The translations under genes and the position numbers were made by a program. Source: the human T2T-CHM13v2.0 reference genome, Homo sapiens. From it: a DNA stretch of 64,000 nt. How positions within the stretch are numbered: the first letter of the stretch is position 1; each line of letters begins with the position of its first letter. Positions 1 to 13,784 of this stretch are shown here, piece by piece. The stretch is from the NCBI RefSeq assembly GCF_009914755.1, contig NC_060935.1; one strand, written 5' to 3'. The notes beneath the pieces were generated by a model. The model searched no databases and was not told the DNA's origin. It saw only the letters and a program-made list of their open reading frames with translations.

Positions 1-3000
1 ACATCACAAATCAGTTTCTCAGAAAGCTTCTTTTTAGTTTTATGTGAAGATATATCCTTTTTCATAAAAGGCCTCAATGCGCTTCCATATATCTTTTTGC
101 AGATTCTACAAAAATTGTGTTTCCAAACTGCTTAAGTAAAAAGAAAGGTTTAACTCTCTGAGATGAATGAAACACACCACAGAGAGTTTTCTCTGATAGT
201 TTCTTTCTAGTTTTAATCCTGGGATATTAGCTTTTTCACCTATGGCCTCAATGAACTATTCAATATCCTTTGGCAGATTCTACGAAAACAGCATTTCTAA
301 CTGGTGAATCCAAGGAAAGTTTAACTCTGTGAGATGAATGCACACATCGCAAAACAGTGTCTCTCAAAGATTCTTTCTAGTTTTTAGCTGAAAATGTTTC
401 CTTTTTCAGCATAGGCCTCAATGCATTCCCAAATATCACTTCACAGATACTACAAAAACAGTGTTTCCAAATAGCTGAAAGAAAAGAAAAGTTTATGTCG
501 AGATGAGTGCACCCATCACAAATGCAGTTTCTCAGATAACTTCCTTCTAGTTTGTAATTCAATTATATTCACTTTTTTGCCTTTCACCTCAATTAGCTCC
601 CAAATATCCCTTTGCAGATTCTACAAAACCAGTGTTTCCAAATGGATGAATCCAAAGAAAGTTTTAACTCTCTGATATGTATGCACACATCACAAAGCAG
701 TTTCTCAGAAAGCTTTTTTCTACTTTTCATCTGAAGATATTTCCTTTTCCACCATAGGACTCAATGCCCTCCCAAATATCCCTTCACAGATTGTACCAAA
801 ACAGTGTTTCCAATCTGCTGAATGAAAAAAAAAGGTTTAACTCTGTGAGATGAATGCACTGAACACAATGCGCTTTCTCTGATCATTTTCTTCTTGTTTT
901 TATCCTAGGATATTCCCATTTTTGCCTCTGGCTTCAATGAGCTCCCAAATTTCCATTTGCAGAATGGACAAAAACAGTATTTCCAAACTGTTGAATCCAA
1001 AGAAAGTTTTAACTCTGTGAGATGAATGCACACATCACTAAGCAGTTTCTCAGAATGCTTTTTTCTAGTATTTATCTGAAGATATTTCCTTTTTCACCAC
1101 ATGCCTCAATGCACTCCCAAATATCCCTTCACACATTCTACTAAAACGTGTTTCCAAACTGCTGAATGAAGAGCAAGGTTTAACTCAGTGAGATGAATGC
1201 ACACAACACAGAGTGGTTTCTCAGATAGCTTCTTCTGGTTTTTATCCTTGGATATTTACTTTCTCACCTATGGCCTCAATGAGCTATCTAATATCCCTTC
1301 GTAGATTCTACAAAAACATTGTTCCCAAACTGGTGAATCCTAAGAAACATTTACCTCTCTGAGACAAATGCACCCATTTCAAAGCAATTTCTCAGAAATC
1401 TTCTTTCAAGTTTTTATCTGAAGTTATTTCCTTTTTCACTATAGGCCTCAGTGCATTCCAAATATCCCTTCGCAGGTTCTACAAAAACAGTTTTTTCCAA
1501 AATGCTTAATGAAAATAAAGGTTTATATCTGCCCGATGAATGAACACATCACAAAGCAGTTTCTCAGATAGCACCCTTCAAGTTTTTATCCAGAGATACT
1601 GGCTTTTTCACCTTTGGCCTCAATGAGTTCCAAATATCCCCTTGCAGATTCTACAAAAACAGTTAAAAAATTACTAAATCCAAAGAAATGTTTATCTCTG
1701 TGAGATGAATGCACACATGACAAAGCAGTTTCTCAGAAAGCTTTATTTTTTAGTTTTAATTTGAAGATATTTCCTTTTTCACCCTAACCCTCAATGCACT
1801 CCAAAATATCCCTTTGCAGATTCTACCAAAACAGTGTTTCAAAACTGATGAATGAAAAGAAAGGTTTAACTCTGTGAAATGAGTTCACAAATCACAAAGC
1901 ATTTTCTCAGATAGCTTGCTTCTTGTTTCTATCCTTAGATATACACTTTTTCACCATTGACCTCAAATAGGTCCCAAATGTTCATTCGCAGAATGGACAA
2001 AAACAGTGTCTCTAAACTGCTGAATTCAAAGAAAGATTTAACTCTGTGAAATGAAGGCACACATCACAAAGCAGTTTCTCAGAAAGCTTCTTTCTTGTTT
2101 ATATATGAAGATATTTCCTTTTTGACCATAGTCTTCAATGCACTCACAAATATCCCATCACTGTTTTTCTATGAAAACAGTGTTTCCAAATTGCTGAATG
2201 AAAAGAAAGGTTTAATTCTGTGAGTTGAATGTGTACATCACAAAGCGATTCTCAGAAACCTTTCTTCCAGTTTTTATCCTGGGATATTCTCTTTCTTGCC
2301 ATTAGCCTCAATGAGCTCCCCAATGTCCATTCAGAAAATGGACAAAAACAGTGCTTTCAAACTGCTGAATCCAAAGAAAGGTTTAACTCTGTGCAATGAA
2401 TGCCCACATCACAAAGCAGTTTCTCAGAAAGCTTCTTTCTAGTTTTTTTCTGAAGATATTTCCTTTTTCACCATAGGCCTCAAAGCACTCTGAAATATCC
2501 ATTTGCAGATTCTACCAAAACCCTGTTTCCAAACTGCTGAATGAAAAGAAAGGTTTAAGTCTTCACGATGAATGCACACATCACAAAATTGTTTCCCAGA
2601 TAGCTTCATTCTAGTTTTTATCCTGAGATATTTGCTTTTTCACCTACGGCCTTAATGCACTATTTTATATGCCTTTGAAGATTATACTAAAACAGTGTTT
2701 CCAACCTGCTGAATGCAAAGGAACCTTTAACTCTGAGATGAATGCACACATCACAAAGCAGTTTCTCAGAAAGGTTATTTCTCGTTTTTATCTGTATATA
2801 TTTCCTTTTTCACCATAGGACTCAATGTGCTCCCATGTATCACTTCATGGATTCTAGCAAAACAGTGTTTCCAAACTGCTGAATGAAAAGAAATGTTCAA
2901 CTCTGTGAGATGAATGCACACATCATTAAGCAGTTTCTCAGATAGCTTCCTTGTGCTTTTATCCTGGGATATTCACTTTTTCACCATTGGCCTCAATGAG

Positions 3001-6000
3001 CTCCCAAATGTCCATTCGCTGAATGTACAAAAACCGTGTTAACAAAGTGCTGAATACAAAGAATGGTTTAACTCTGCAAGGTGAATGAACACAACACAAA
3101 GCAGTTTCTCAGAAACCTTCTTTCTAGTTTTTATCTGAATATATTTCCTGTTCACCATAGACCTCAATATCCTCCGAAATATCTCTTCACAGATTCTACA
3201 AAAACAGTGTTTCCAAACTGCTGAATATAAATAAAGGTTTAACTCTGTGAGATGAATGCACACATTAGAAAGTGGTTTCTCAGATAGCTTCCTTGTAGTT
3301 TTCATCCTGGGGTATTTCCTTTTTTGCCATCAGCTTCAATGAGCTCCTAAATGTCCATTCACAGAATGGACAAAAAGAGTTATTCAAATTGCTGAATCCA
3401 AAGAAAGTTTTAACTCTGTGAGACAAATGCACACATCACAAATCAGTTTGTCAGAAAATTTCTTTCTATTTTTTATGTGAAGATATTTCCTGTTTCACCA
3501 TAGGCCTCAATAGGCTGTCAAATATCCCTTTGCAGATTCTACCAAATAGTGTTTCAAAACTGCTGAATGAAAATAAAAGTTTAACTCTGTGACATGAATG
3601 AGCACATCACAAGTCAGTTTCTCAGAGAGCTTCCTTCTTGTTTTCATTCTGGGATATTCCTTTTTTCCCCTATAGCCCCAATGAGATCCCAAATAGCCCT
3701 GTGCAGATTGCATGAAAACAGTGTTCATAAACTGCTTAATCCAAAGAAAGGTTTAACTCTGTTCAATAAATGCACACATCACCAAGCAGTTTCTCAGAAA
3801 GTTTCTTTATAGCTTTTATGTGAGAATATATTCTTTTTCACCACTAGCCTTAATGTGCTCCCAAATATCCCTTCCCAGATTTTACCAAAATAGTGTTTCC
3901 ACTCTGCTGAATGAAAAGAAAGTTTTAACCCTGTGAGATGAATGCACACAGCACAAAGTGATTTCTCAGAGAGCTTTCTTCTAATTTTTAACGTGGGATA
4001 TTGGCTTTTCCCCTTTGGCCTCAAGGACCTCCCAAATATCGAATCACAGAATGGAAAAAACAGTGTTTCCAAAGTGCTGAATCCAAAGAAAGGTTTTACG
4101 CTGTGAGACGAATGCACACATCACAAAGCAGTTTCTCAGAAAGTTTCTTTCGAGTTTGAATCTGAACATATTTCCTTTTTCACCACAGGTGAAAATGCGC
4201 TCCCAAATATCACTTCACTGATTCTACAAAAACAGTGTTTCCAAACTGCTGAATCCAAAGAACTTTTTACCTCTGCAAAATGAACTCAGACATCACAAAG
4301 CAGTTTCTCAGATAGCTTCCTTCTAGTGCTTATCTTGGGATAATCACATTTTTGCCACTGGCCTCAATGAGCTCCCAAATGTTCTTTCACAGAATTGACA
4401 AAAACAGTATTTCCAAACTGCTGAATCCAAAGAAAGGTTGAACCCTTTGAAATGAATGCACACATCACAAAGCAGTTTATCTGAAAGATTCTTTCTAATT
4501 TTTATCTGAATATATTTCCTTTTTCACCACAGGCCTCAAAGCGTTCCCAAATATCCCTTCACAGACCCTACAAAAACAGCTTTTTCAAGCTGCTGAATGA
4601 AAGGAAAGTTTTAACTCTGCGAGATGAATGCACAAATTACCAAGCACTTTCTCAGATACTTTCCATCTCATTTTATCCTGGGATGTTTGCTTTTTAGCCT
4701 ATGGTCTCAAAGCACTATCAAATATCCCTTTGCACGTTCTACAAAAACAGTGTTTGCAAACTGCTGAATCCAAAGAAAGGTTGAACTCTGTGAGATGAAT
4801 GCACACATCACAAAGATGTTTCTCATAAATCTTCTTTCTGGTTTTCATCTAAAGCTATTTGCTTTTTCACCATAGGAGTCAGTGCTTTAAGAAACATCCC
4901 TTCAAAAACTCTACCAAAAAAATGTTTCTGAATGCTGAATGCAAAGGAAAGTTTAACACTGTGAGATTAATGCATACATCACAAGGCGGTTTTTCAGGTA
5001 ACTTCCTTCTTCTAGTTTTTATCTTGGGGTATTAGCTTTTTCTTCTATGGCCTCAATGGGCTATCAAATACTCCTTCACAGATTCTCAAAAAAGTGTTTC
5101 CATATTGTCGAATCTAAAGAAACTTTTATTTCTGTGAGACGAATGCACACATCACAAAGCAGTTTCTCAGAAAGTTTTTTTCTATTTTTCTCTCAAGATA
5201 TTTCCTTTTTCATCATAGTCCTCCATGCGCTCCCAAATATCCCTTCACAAATTCTACCATAACAGTGTTTCCAAACTTCTGAATGAAAAGAAAGTCTTAA
5301 CTCTGTGAGACAAATGCACACATCACAAAGCAGTTTCTCAGAAAGCTGCTTTCTAGCTTTTATCTGAAGATATTAACTTTTTCACCATAGGCCTCAATGT
5401 ACTCCCAAATATCCATTTGCAATTCTACCAAATCAATGTTTTGAAACTGCTGAATGAAAAGAATGCATTTTCTCTGCTAGATGAACTCACACATCACAAA
5501 GCAGTTTCTCAGATAACTTCCTTCTAGTTTTCATCCTCTGATAGTCACTTTTTGGCCTTTGGCCTGAATGAGCTACCAAATATTCCTTAGCAGATTCAAC
5601 AAAAAGTGTTTCCAAACTACTGAGTCTGAAGAAAGTTTTATCTCTGTGAGATTAATGCAATAATCACAAAGCAGTTTCTCAGAAAACTTCTTTCTAGTTT
5701 GTAATCTGAAGATATTCCCTTTTTCACCATAGGCCCCAATGCCCTCCTTAATATGTCTTCACAGATTCTACAAAAACAGTTTTTCCCAACTACTGAGTCC
5801 AAACAAAGATTTAACTTTGTGGCTTCAATGCACACATCACAAAGCAGGCTTTCAGAAATCTTCTTTCTTGTTTTTATCTGAAGATATTTCCTTTTTCACC
5901 AGGCTCGTCAATGTACTCCCAAATATCCCTACGCAGATTCTACAAAAGCAGTGTTTCTAAACTGCTGAATGTAAAGAAAGGTTTAAATCTGTGAGGTGAA

Positions 6001-9000
6001 TGCACACATTAGAAAGTGGTTTCTCAGATAGCTTCCTTATAGTTTATATCTTGGCATATTTACTTTTTCACCATCGGCCTCAATGAGCTCTTAAATGTCC
6101 ATTTACACAATGGACAAAAAGAGTTTTTCAAATTGCTGAATCCAAAGAAAGTTTTAACTCTGTGAGATAAATGCACACATCACAAAGCAGTTTGTCAGAA
6201 AATTTCTTTCTTTCTATTTTTTATGTGAAGATATTTCCTGTTTCACCATAGTCATCAATACACTCCCAAATATCCCTTTGCAGATTCTGCCAAAACAGTG
6301 TTTCCAAACTGCTGAATCCAAAGAAAGGTTTACGTTTGTGAGGTGAATGCACACATCACAAAGTGGTTTCTCAGATAGCTTTCTTCTAGTTTTCATCCTG
6401 AGATGTTCACTTTTTCACCTTTGTCTTCAATGACCACTCAAATGTCCATTCACAGAATGCACAAAAACAGTATTTCCAAAGTATTGAATCTACAGAAAGT
6501 TTTAACTCTCTGAGATGAATGCACACATCACAATGTGGTTTCTCAGAAAGCTTCTATCTAGGTTTTATCTGAATATATTTCCTTTTCCACCGTAGGCCTC
6601 AATGCACTCCCAAATATCCCTTCGAGGATTCTACCAAAACAGTGTTTCCAACCAGCTGAATGAAAACAAAGGTAAAACCCTTGGATATGAGAGCACACAT
6701 CACAGAGCCATTTCTCAGATAGCTTCCTTTTAGTTTTTATCCTGGGATATTGGCTTTATCACATATAGCCTCAATGATCTATCAAATATCCTTTCACAGA
6801 TTGTACAAAAACAGTATTTCCAACTGCTGAATCTGTAGAAGAGTTTAACTCTTTGAGGTGAATGCACACATCACAAAGCACTTTCTAAGAAAGCTTCTTT
6901 CTTGTTTTTGTCTAAAGATATTTCCTTTTTCACCATAGGCCTCAATGCATTCCTAAATATCCCTTCACAGATTATAGCAAAACACTGTTTCCAAACTGCT
7001 GAATGAAAAAAAAAAAAAAGTCTAACTCTGCGAGATGAATGCACATATAACAGAGCAGTTTCTCAGATTGTTTCCTTCTATTTTTTGTCCTGGGATATTC
7101 GTTTTTTCCTGTTTGGCCTCAATGAACTCCCAAATGTCCATTCGCTGAATGAACAAAAACAGCTTTTCCGAACTACTGAATCCAAATAAACATTTAAATC
7201 TGTGAGATGAATGCACACATCACAAAGCAGGTTCTCAGAAAGATTCTTTCTAGTTTTTATCTGAAGACATTTCCTTTTTCACCATAGGCATTAATGTTCT
7301 CCCATATATCCCTTTGCAGATTCTACCAAAACAGTGTTTCCAAAAGGCTGAATGAAAAGAAATGTTTTCCCCTGTGAGATGAATGCAAACATCACAAAAT
7401 TGTTTCTCATCTAGCTTCCTTCTAGTTTTTATCCTGGGATATTGGATTTTTTGCCTATGGCCTGTATGAGCAATTAAATATCCCTTCACAGATTCTACAA
7501 AAACAGTGTTTCCTAACTGCTGAATGAAAAGAAAGGTTTATCTCTGTGCGATGAATGCACAGATTACAAAGCTGTTTCTCAGAAAGCTTTCTTCTATTTT
7601 TTCTCCTGGAATGTTCACTTTTTCACATTTGGCCTCAATGACTTGCCGAATGTCCCTTCGCAGATTCTACCAAAACAGTGTTTCCAAACTGCTGAATGAA
7701 AAGACCAGTTTAACTCTGCAAGATGAATATACACATCACAAAGCGATTTTTCAGACCACTTCCTTTGTTTTTATTCTGGGATATTTGCTTTTTCACCTAT
7801 GCCCTCAATGAGCTATCTAATATCAATTCTCACATTCTACAAAAACAGTGTTCCCAAACTGCTGAATCCAAAGAAAGTTTAACACTGTGAGATAAATGCA
7901 CACATCGCAAAGCAGTTTCTCAGAAAATTTTTCAAGTGTTTGTCTGAAGATATTTCCTTTTTCAACATAGGCCTCTATGGGCTCCAAAATATCCGTTCAA
8001 AAAGTCTGCCAAAACCATATTTTGAATCTGCTGAATGAAAAGAAAGCTTTAGTTCTGTGAGATGAATGGACATATCACAAAACGGTTTCTCAGATAGCTT
8101 CCTTCTAGTTTTTATCCAGTGATATTCACTTTTTCACCAACGGCCTGAATGAGCTATCTAATATCAATTCGTAGATTCTACTAAAAGAGTGTTTCCAAAT
8201 AGAAACAGAGAAAGTTTTATCTCTGTGAGATGAATGCAAGCATCACAAAGTGATTTCTCAAATTTCTTCCTTCTAATTTTTATCCTGGGATATTTGTCTT
8301 TTTACCTATAGCTTCCTTTAGCTATCTAATATGACTTCACAGTTTCCAGAAAAACAGTGTTTCCAAACTGCTGAATGAGAAGAAACGTTTATATCTGCCA
8401 CATTAAGGCACATATGACAAAGCAGTTTCTCAGATAGCTTCCTTTGAGTTTTTATCCAGGGATATTCATTTTTTTGCCTTTGGCCTCAATGAACTCCCAA
8501 ACATACCTTTGCAGTTTCTACAAAAGTAGTGTTTCCAAACTGCTGAATCCAAAGCAAGGTTTAACCCTGTGAGATGAATGCACACATCACAAAGCAGTTT
8601 CTAAGAAAGTTTCTTTATAGTTTTCACTAGAAGACATTTCCTTTTTCACCATAGGCCTCAATGCGCTCCCACATACACCTTCACAGATTCTACCAAAACA
8701 GTGTTTCCAAACTGCTGAATGAAAAGAAAGGTTTAACTCTGTTGGATGAATCAACCCATCACAAAGCAGTTTCTCAGAAAACTTCTTGCTACTTTTTATC
8801 TGAAGATATTTCCTTTTTTTTTTACCATGGGCCACCAAATATATCTTTGCAGATTCTAATAAAACACTCTTCCAAACTGCTGAATGAAAAGAAAGGTTTA
8901 ACCCTTCTAGATGAATGCACACATCCCAAAGAAGTTTTTCAGATAACTTCCTTCTAGTTTTTATCCTGTGATATTCGCTTTTGCTTTTCACCTCAATGAG

Positions 9001-12000
9001 CTCCCCAATGTATATTCCAAGGAAGGACCAAAACTGTGTTTCCAAACTGCTGAATAAAAAGACAGATTTAATTCTCTAACATGAAGGCACACCTCGTGAA
9101 CCAGTTTCTCATTATGCTTGTTTCTAGTTTAGTTGAAGATATTTCCTTTCTCACAATGGGCCTCCATGTGCTACTGAATACACCTTGGCAGATTGTAAGA
9201 CAACAGTGTTTCTAAACAGCTGAATGAAAAGAGAGACTTAACTCTGTGACATGAATGCAAACATTACTAATCAGTTTCTGGGATCACTTCCTTCAAGTTT
9301 TTATACTGGGAGATTAGCTATTTCACCATTGGCCTCAGTGAGCTCCCAAATATCCATTCGCAGAATGGACAAAAACAGTATTTCCAAACTGCTGAATCCA
9401 AGGAAAGGTTTAATTCTGTGAGATGAATGAACACATCACACAGTAGTTTCTCAGAAAGTTTCTTGCTAGCTTTTATCTGAAGATATTTCCTTTTTCACCA
9501 TGGGCCTCAATGTGCTACAAAATATCTCTTCACAGGTTCTAAGAAATCAGTGTTTCCAAACCTCTGAATAAAGAGAAATGTTTAACTCTGTGAGATGAAT
9601 GCACACATCACAATGCCGTTTCTCAGATAGCTTCCTTCTAGTTTTAATACTGGATATTCACTTTTTCACCATTGGCCTCAATGAGCTCCCAAACGTCCAT
9701 TCACAGAATGGACACAAACAGTGTTTCCAAACTGCTAAATCCAAAGAAAGTTTTAACTCTCTGAGATGAAAGCACATACCACGAATTTGTTTCTCACGTA
9801 AGTTCCTTCTAGTTTTTATCTTGGGATATTTTCTTTTTTGCCATTGGCCTCAATGTGCTCCAAAATGTCCATTGGCAAAATAGACACAAACAGCATTTCC
9901 AAACTGCGGAATCTAAAGAAATGTTTAACTCTGTGAGATGAATGAACACAACACAAAGCAGTTTCTCAGAAAGTTTCTTTCTAGTTTTCATCTGCAGATA
10001 TTTTCTTTTTCGCCTTAGGCCCCAAGGTGCTGCCAAATATCCTTTCACTGTTTCTACAAAAACAGTGTTTTCAAACTGCTAGATGAATGCACACATCACT
10101 AAACAGTTTCTCAGATAGCTTCCTTCTAGTTTTAATCCTGGGATATTCTCTGTTTTGCCATTGGCTTCAATGAGCTCCCAAATGTCCACTCGCAAAATGG
10201 GCAAAAACTGTGTGACCAAACTGCTGAATCCAAAGAAAGGCTTAACTCTGTTGGATGAGTGAACACATCATGAAACGGTTTCTCAGAAAGCTTCTTGCTA
10301 CTTTCTATATGAAAATATTTCCTTTTTCACCATGGGCCACAATGCGCTACAAAATATCTCTTTGAAGATTCTAAGCAAACACTGTTTCCAAATTGCTGAA
10401 TGAAGAGAAAGGTTCAACTCTGTGAGATGAATGCACACATCAGCAAGAAGTTTCTCAGATAACTTCCTTCTAGTTTTATCCTGGGATATTCACTTTTTTA
10501 TCATTGGCCCCAATGAGTTCCCCAATTTATATTCCAAGAAGGGACCAAAGTTGTGTTTCCAAACTGGTGAATACAAAGACATATTTAACTCTGAGATGAA
10601 TGCACATGCCCTGAACCAGTTTATCCTTAAGGTTGTTTACAGTTTTTATCTGAAGATATTTCCTTTCTCACAATGGGCCTCCATGTGCTACAAAATATCT
10701 CTTGTCAGATTGTATACACCAGTGTTTCTAAACAGCTGAATGAAAAGAAAGATTTAACTCTGTGAGATGAATGCAAACATCACTACTCTGTTTCTGAAAT
10801 CACTTCCTTCAAGTTTTTCTGCTGGGAGTTTTGCTATTTCACCATTGGCCTCAGTGAGCTCCTAACTATCCATTCACAGAAAGGACAAAAACAGTATTTC
10901 CAAACTGCTGCATCCGAGGAAAAGATTAACTCTGTGAGAAGAATGAACACATCACAATGTAGTTTCTCAGAAAGTTTCTTGCTAGTTTTTGTCTGAAGAT
11001 ATTTCCTTTTTCACAATGGGCCTCAATGCATTACAAAATATCTCTTCGCAGATTCTAAGAAATCAGTGTTTCCAAATAGCTGAATGAAGAGAAATGTTTA
11101 ACTCTGTGAGATGAATGCACACATCACAAATGTGTTTCTCAGATAGCTTCCTTCTAGTTTTAACACTGGCATATTCGATTTTTTGTCTTTGGCCTCAATG
11201 AGCTCCCAAAGTCCATTCACAGAAAGGACACAAACAGTGTTTCCAAACTGCTGAAGTGAAAGAAAAGTTTACCTCTCTGAGATGAATGCACACATCGAGA
11301 ATTGGTTTCTCATGTAACTCCCTTTTAGTTTTTATCTTGGGATATTTGCTGTTTCCCCGTCAGCCTCAATGAGCTGAAAAATGTCCATTCGCAGAATCGA
11401 CAGAAACACGGTTTCCAAACTGCTGAATCCAAAGAAAATTTTAACTTAGTGGGATGAATGAATACATCACAAAGCAGTTTCTCACAAAGCTTCTTTCGAA
11501 TTTTATCTGAAGATATATCCTTTTTCACCATAGGCCTCAATGTGCTGTCAAATGTCTCTTTGCAGATTCTAAAAAATCAGTGTTTCCATACTGCTGAATG
11601 AAAAGAAAGGTTTATCTCTGTGAGATGAATGCACACATCAAGAATTGGTTTCTCAGATAGCTTCCTTCTAGTTTTTGTCATGTGATATTCGCTTTTTTTT
11701 ATATTAGCCTCAATGAGTTCCCAAACGTCCATTCCAAGAATGTACAAAAACTGTGTTTCCAAACTGCTGAAAGCAAAGACAGGTTTAACTCTCTGGGATG
11801 AATGCATATATGTCAAACGGGTTTCTCATTAGGCTTCTTTCTAGTTTTTATCAGAAGGTACTTCCTTTTTCACCATTGACCTCCATAGTCTTCCAAATAT
11901 CTCTTGGAAGATCCTAAGAAACCAGTGATTCTAAACAGCTGAATGAAAAGAAAGGTTTAACTCTGTGTGCTGAATGCACACATCATGAGCAGTTTTCTCA

Positions 12001-13776
12001 GATAAATTGCTTCAAGTTTTTATCCTGGGATATTTGCTTTTTCACCCTTGGTCTCAATGTGCTCCAAAATGTCCATTGGCAAAATGGACACAAACAGCAT
12101 TTCCAAATTGCTGAATCCAAAGAACTGTTTAACTCTGTGAGATGAATGAACACATCACAAAGCAGTTTCTCAGAATGTTTCTTTCTGGTATTTATCAAAA
12201 GATATTTCCTTTTTCACCTTAGGCCTCAAAGAGCTGCCAAATATCCTTTCACAGTTTCTACAAACACAGTGTTTCCAAACTGCTGAATTAAAAGAAAGGT
12301 TTAACTCTGCTGGATGAATGCACACATGACTAAGCGGTTTCTCAGATACCTTCCTTCTAGTTTTAATCCTGGGATATTCTCTTTTTCGCCATTGGCTTCA
12401 ATGAGCTCCCAAACCTCCATTGGCAGAAAGGACAAAAACAGTGTGACCAAGCTTCTGAATCCAAAGAAAGGCTTAACTCTGTTGGATGAATGAACACATC
12501 ACCAAGCAGTTTCCAGAAAACTTCCTGCTACTTTTTAACTGAAGATATTTCCTTTTCCACCATGGGCCACAGTCCTCTACCAAATACCTCTTTGCAGATT
12601 CTAAGAAAACACTCTTTCGAAACTACTGAATGAAAAGAAAGGTTTAACTCTGCTAGATGAATGCACATGTCACCAAGAAGTTTCTCAGATAACTTGCTTC
12701 TAGTTTTTATCCTGAGATAAGCGCTTTCTTTCAATTGGCTTCAATGAACTCCCAAATGTCTATTTGCAGGATTGAGAGAAACAGTGTTTTGAAACTGCTG
12801 AATTAGAAGAAAGGTTTAACTCTGAGAGATGAATGTACACATAATGAATTGGTTTCTCAGACAAATTCCTTCAAGTTTTTATCCTGCGATATTTGCCTTT
12901 TTGCCATTGGCCTCAATGAGTTACCAAACGTCCATTCCAAGAATGTACAAAAACTGTGTTTCCAAACTCCTGATACCAAAAACAGGTTTAACTCCCTGAG
13001 ATGAATGCACACATGCCAAATGGGTTTCTCATTGGGCTGCTTTCTAGATTTTATCAGAAATATTTCCTTTTTCACCAGTGACGTCCATAGTCTTCCACAT
13101 ATCTCTTGGCAGATTCTAAGAAAACAGTGATTCTAAACAGCTGAATGAAAAGAAATGTTTAACTCTGTGAACTCAATGTACACATCATGAGTAGCTTCAT
13201 CAGATAAATTGCCTCAAGTTTTTATCTTGGGATATTCACTTTTTCAACATTGGTCTCAATGTGCTCCAAAATGTCCATTGGCAAAATGGACATAAACAGC
13301 ATTTCCAAACGGCTGAAACCAAAGAAGGCTTTAAATCTCTGAGATGAATGAACACCTCACAAAGCAGTTTCTCAGAATGTTTCTTTCTAGTTTTTATATG
13401 AAGATATTTCCTTTTTCACGTTAGTCTTCAATGAGCTGCAAATATGCTTTCGCAGTTTTCACAAACACAGTGTTTCCAAGCTGCTTAATGAAAACAAATG
13501 TTTAACTCGGCTACATGAATGCACACATCACTAAGCAGTTTTTCAGATAGCTTCCTTCTAGTTTTAATCCTGGGATATCCTCTTTTTCACAACTGTCTTC
13601 AAAGAGCTCCCAAACGTCCATTCGCAGAATGGACAAAAGCAGTGTCACCAAACTGCTGAATACAAAGAAAGGCTTAACTCTGTTGGATGAATGAACACAT
13701 CACCTGGCAGTTTCTCAAGAAGCTTCCTGCTACCTATATCTGAAGACGTTTCCTTTTCCACCATTGGACACAATGC
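1..13776 (-). repeat. Alpha satellite, old divergent layer with dimeric (two monomer type) organisation
   Basis: ~171-bp tandem monomers (gagatgaatgcacacatcacaaagcagtttctcaga...). Two types roughly alternate: 'aaagcttctttctagtttttatctgaagatatttcc...gctgaatgaaaag' and 'atagcttccttctagtttttatcctgggatattc...gagctcccaaatgtccattc...gctgaatccaaag'. Assignment to the ancient H1H2 (Oa/Na, SF8-like) layer is an inference. Confidence 0.95.
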
Positions 13777-13784
13777 AGTACTGG

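Noticed and set aside
7005-7020. A-run as a retroposon tail
   Set aside because: It is slippage expansion of the monomer's gaaaagaaag tract, with no element body or TSD.
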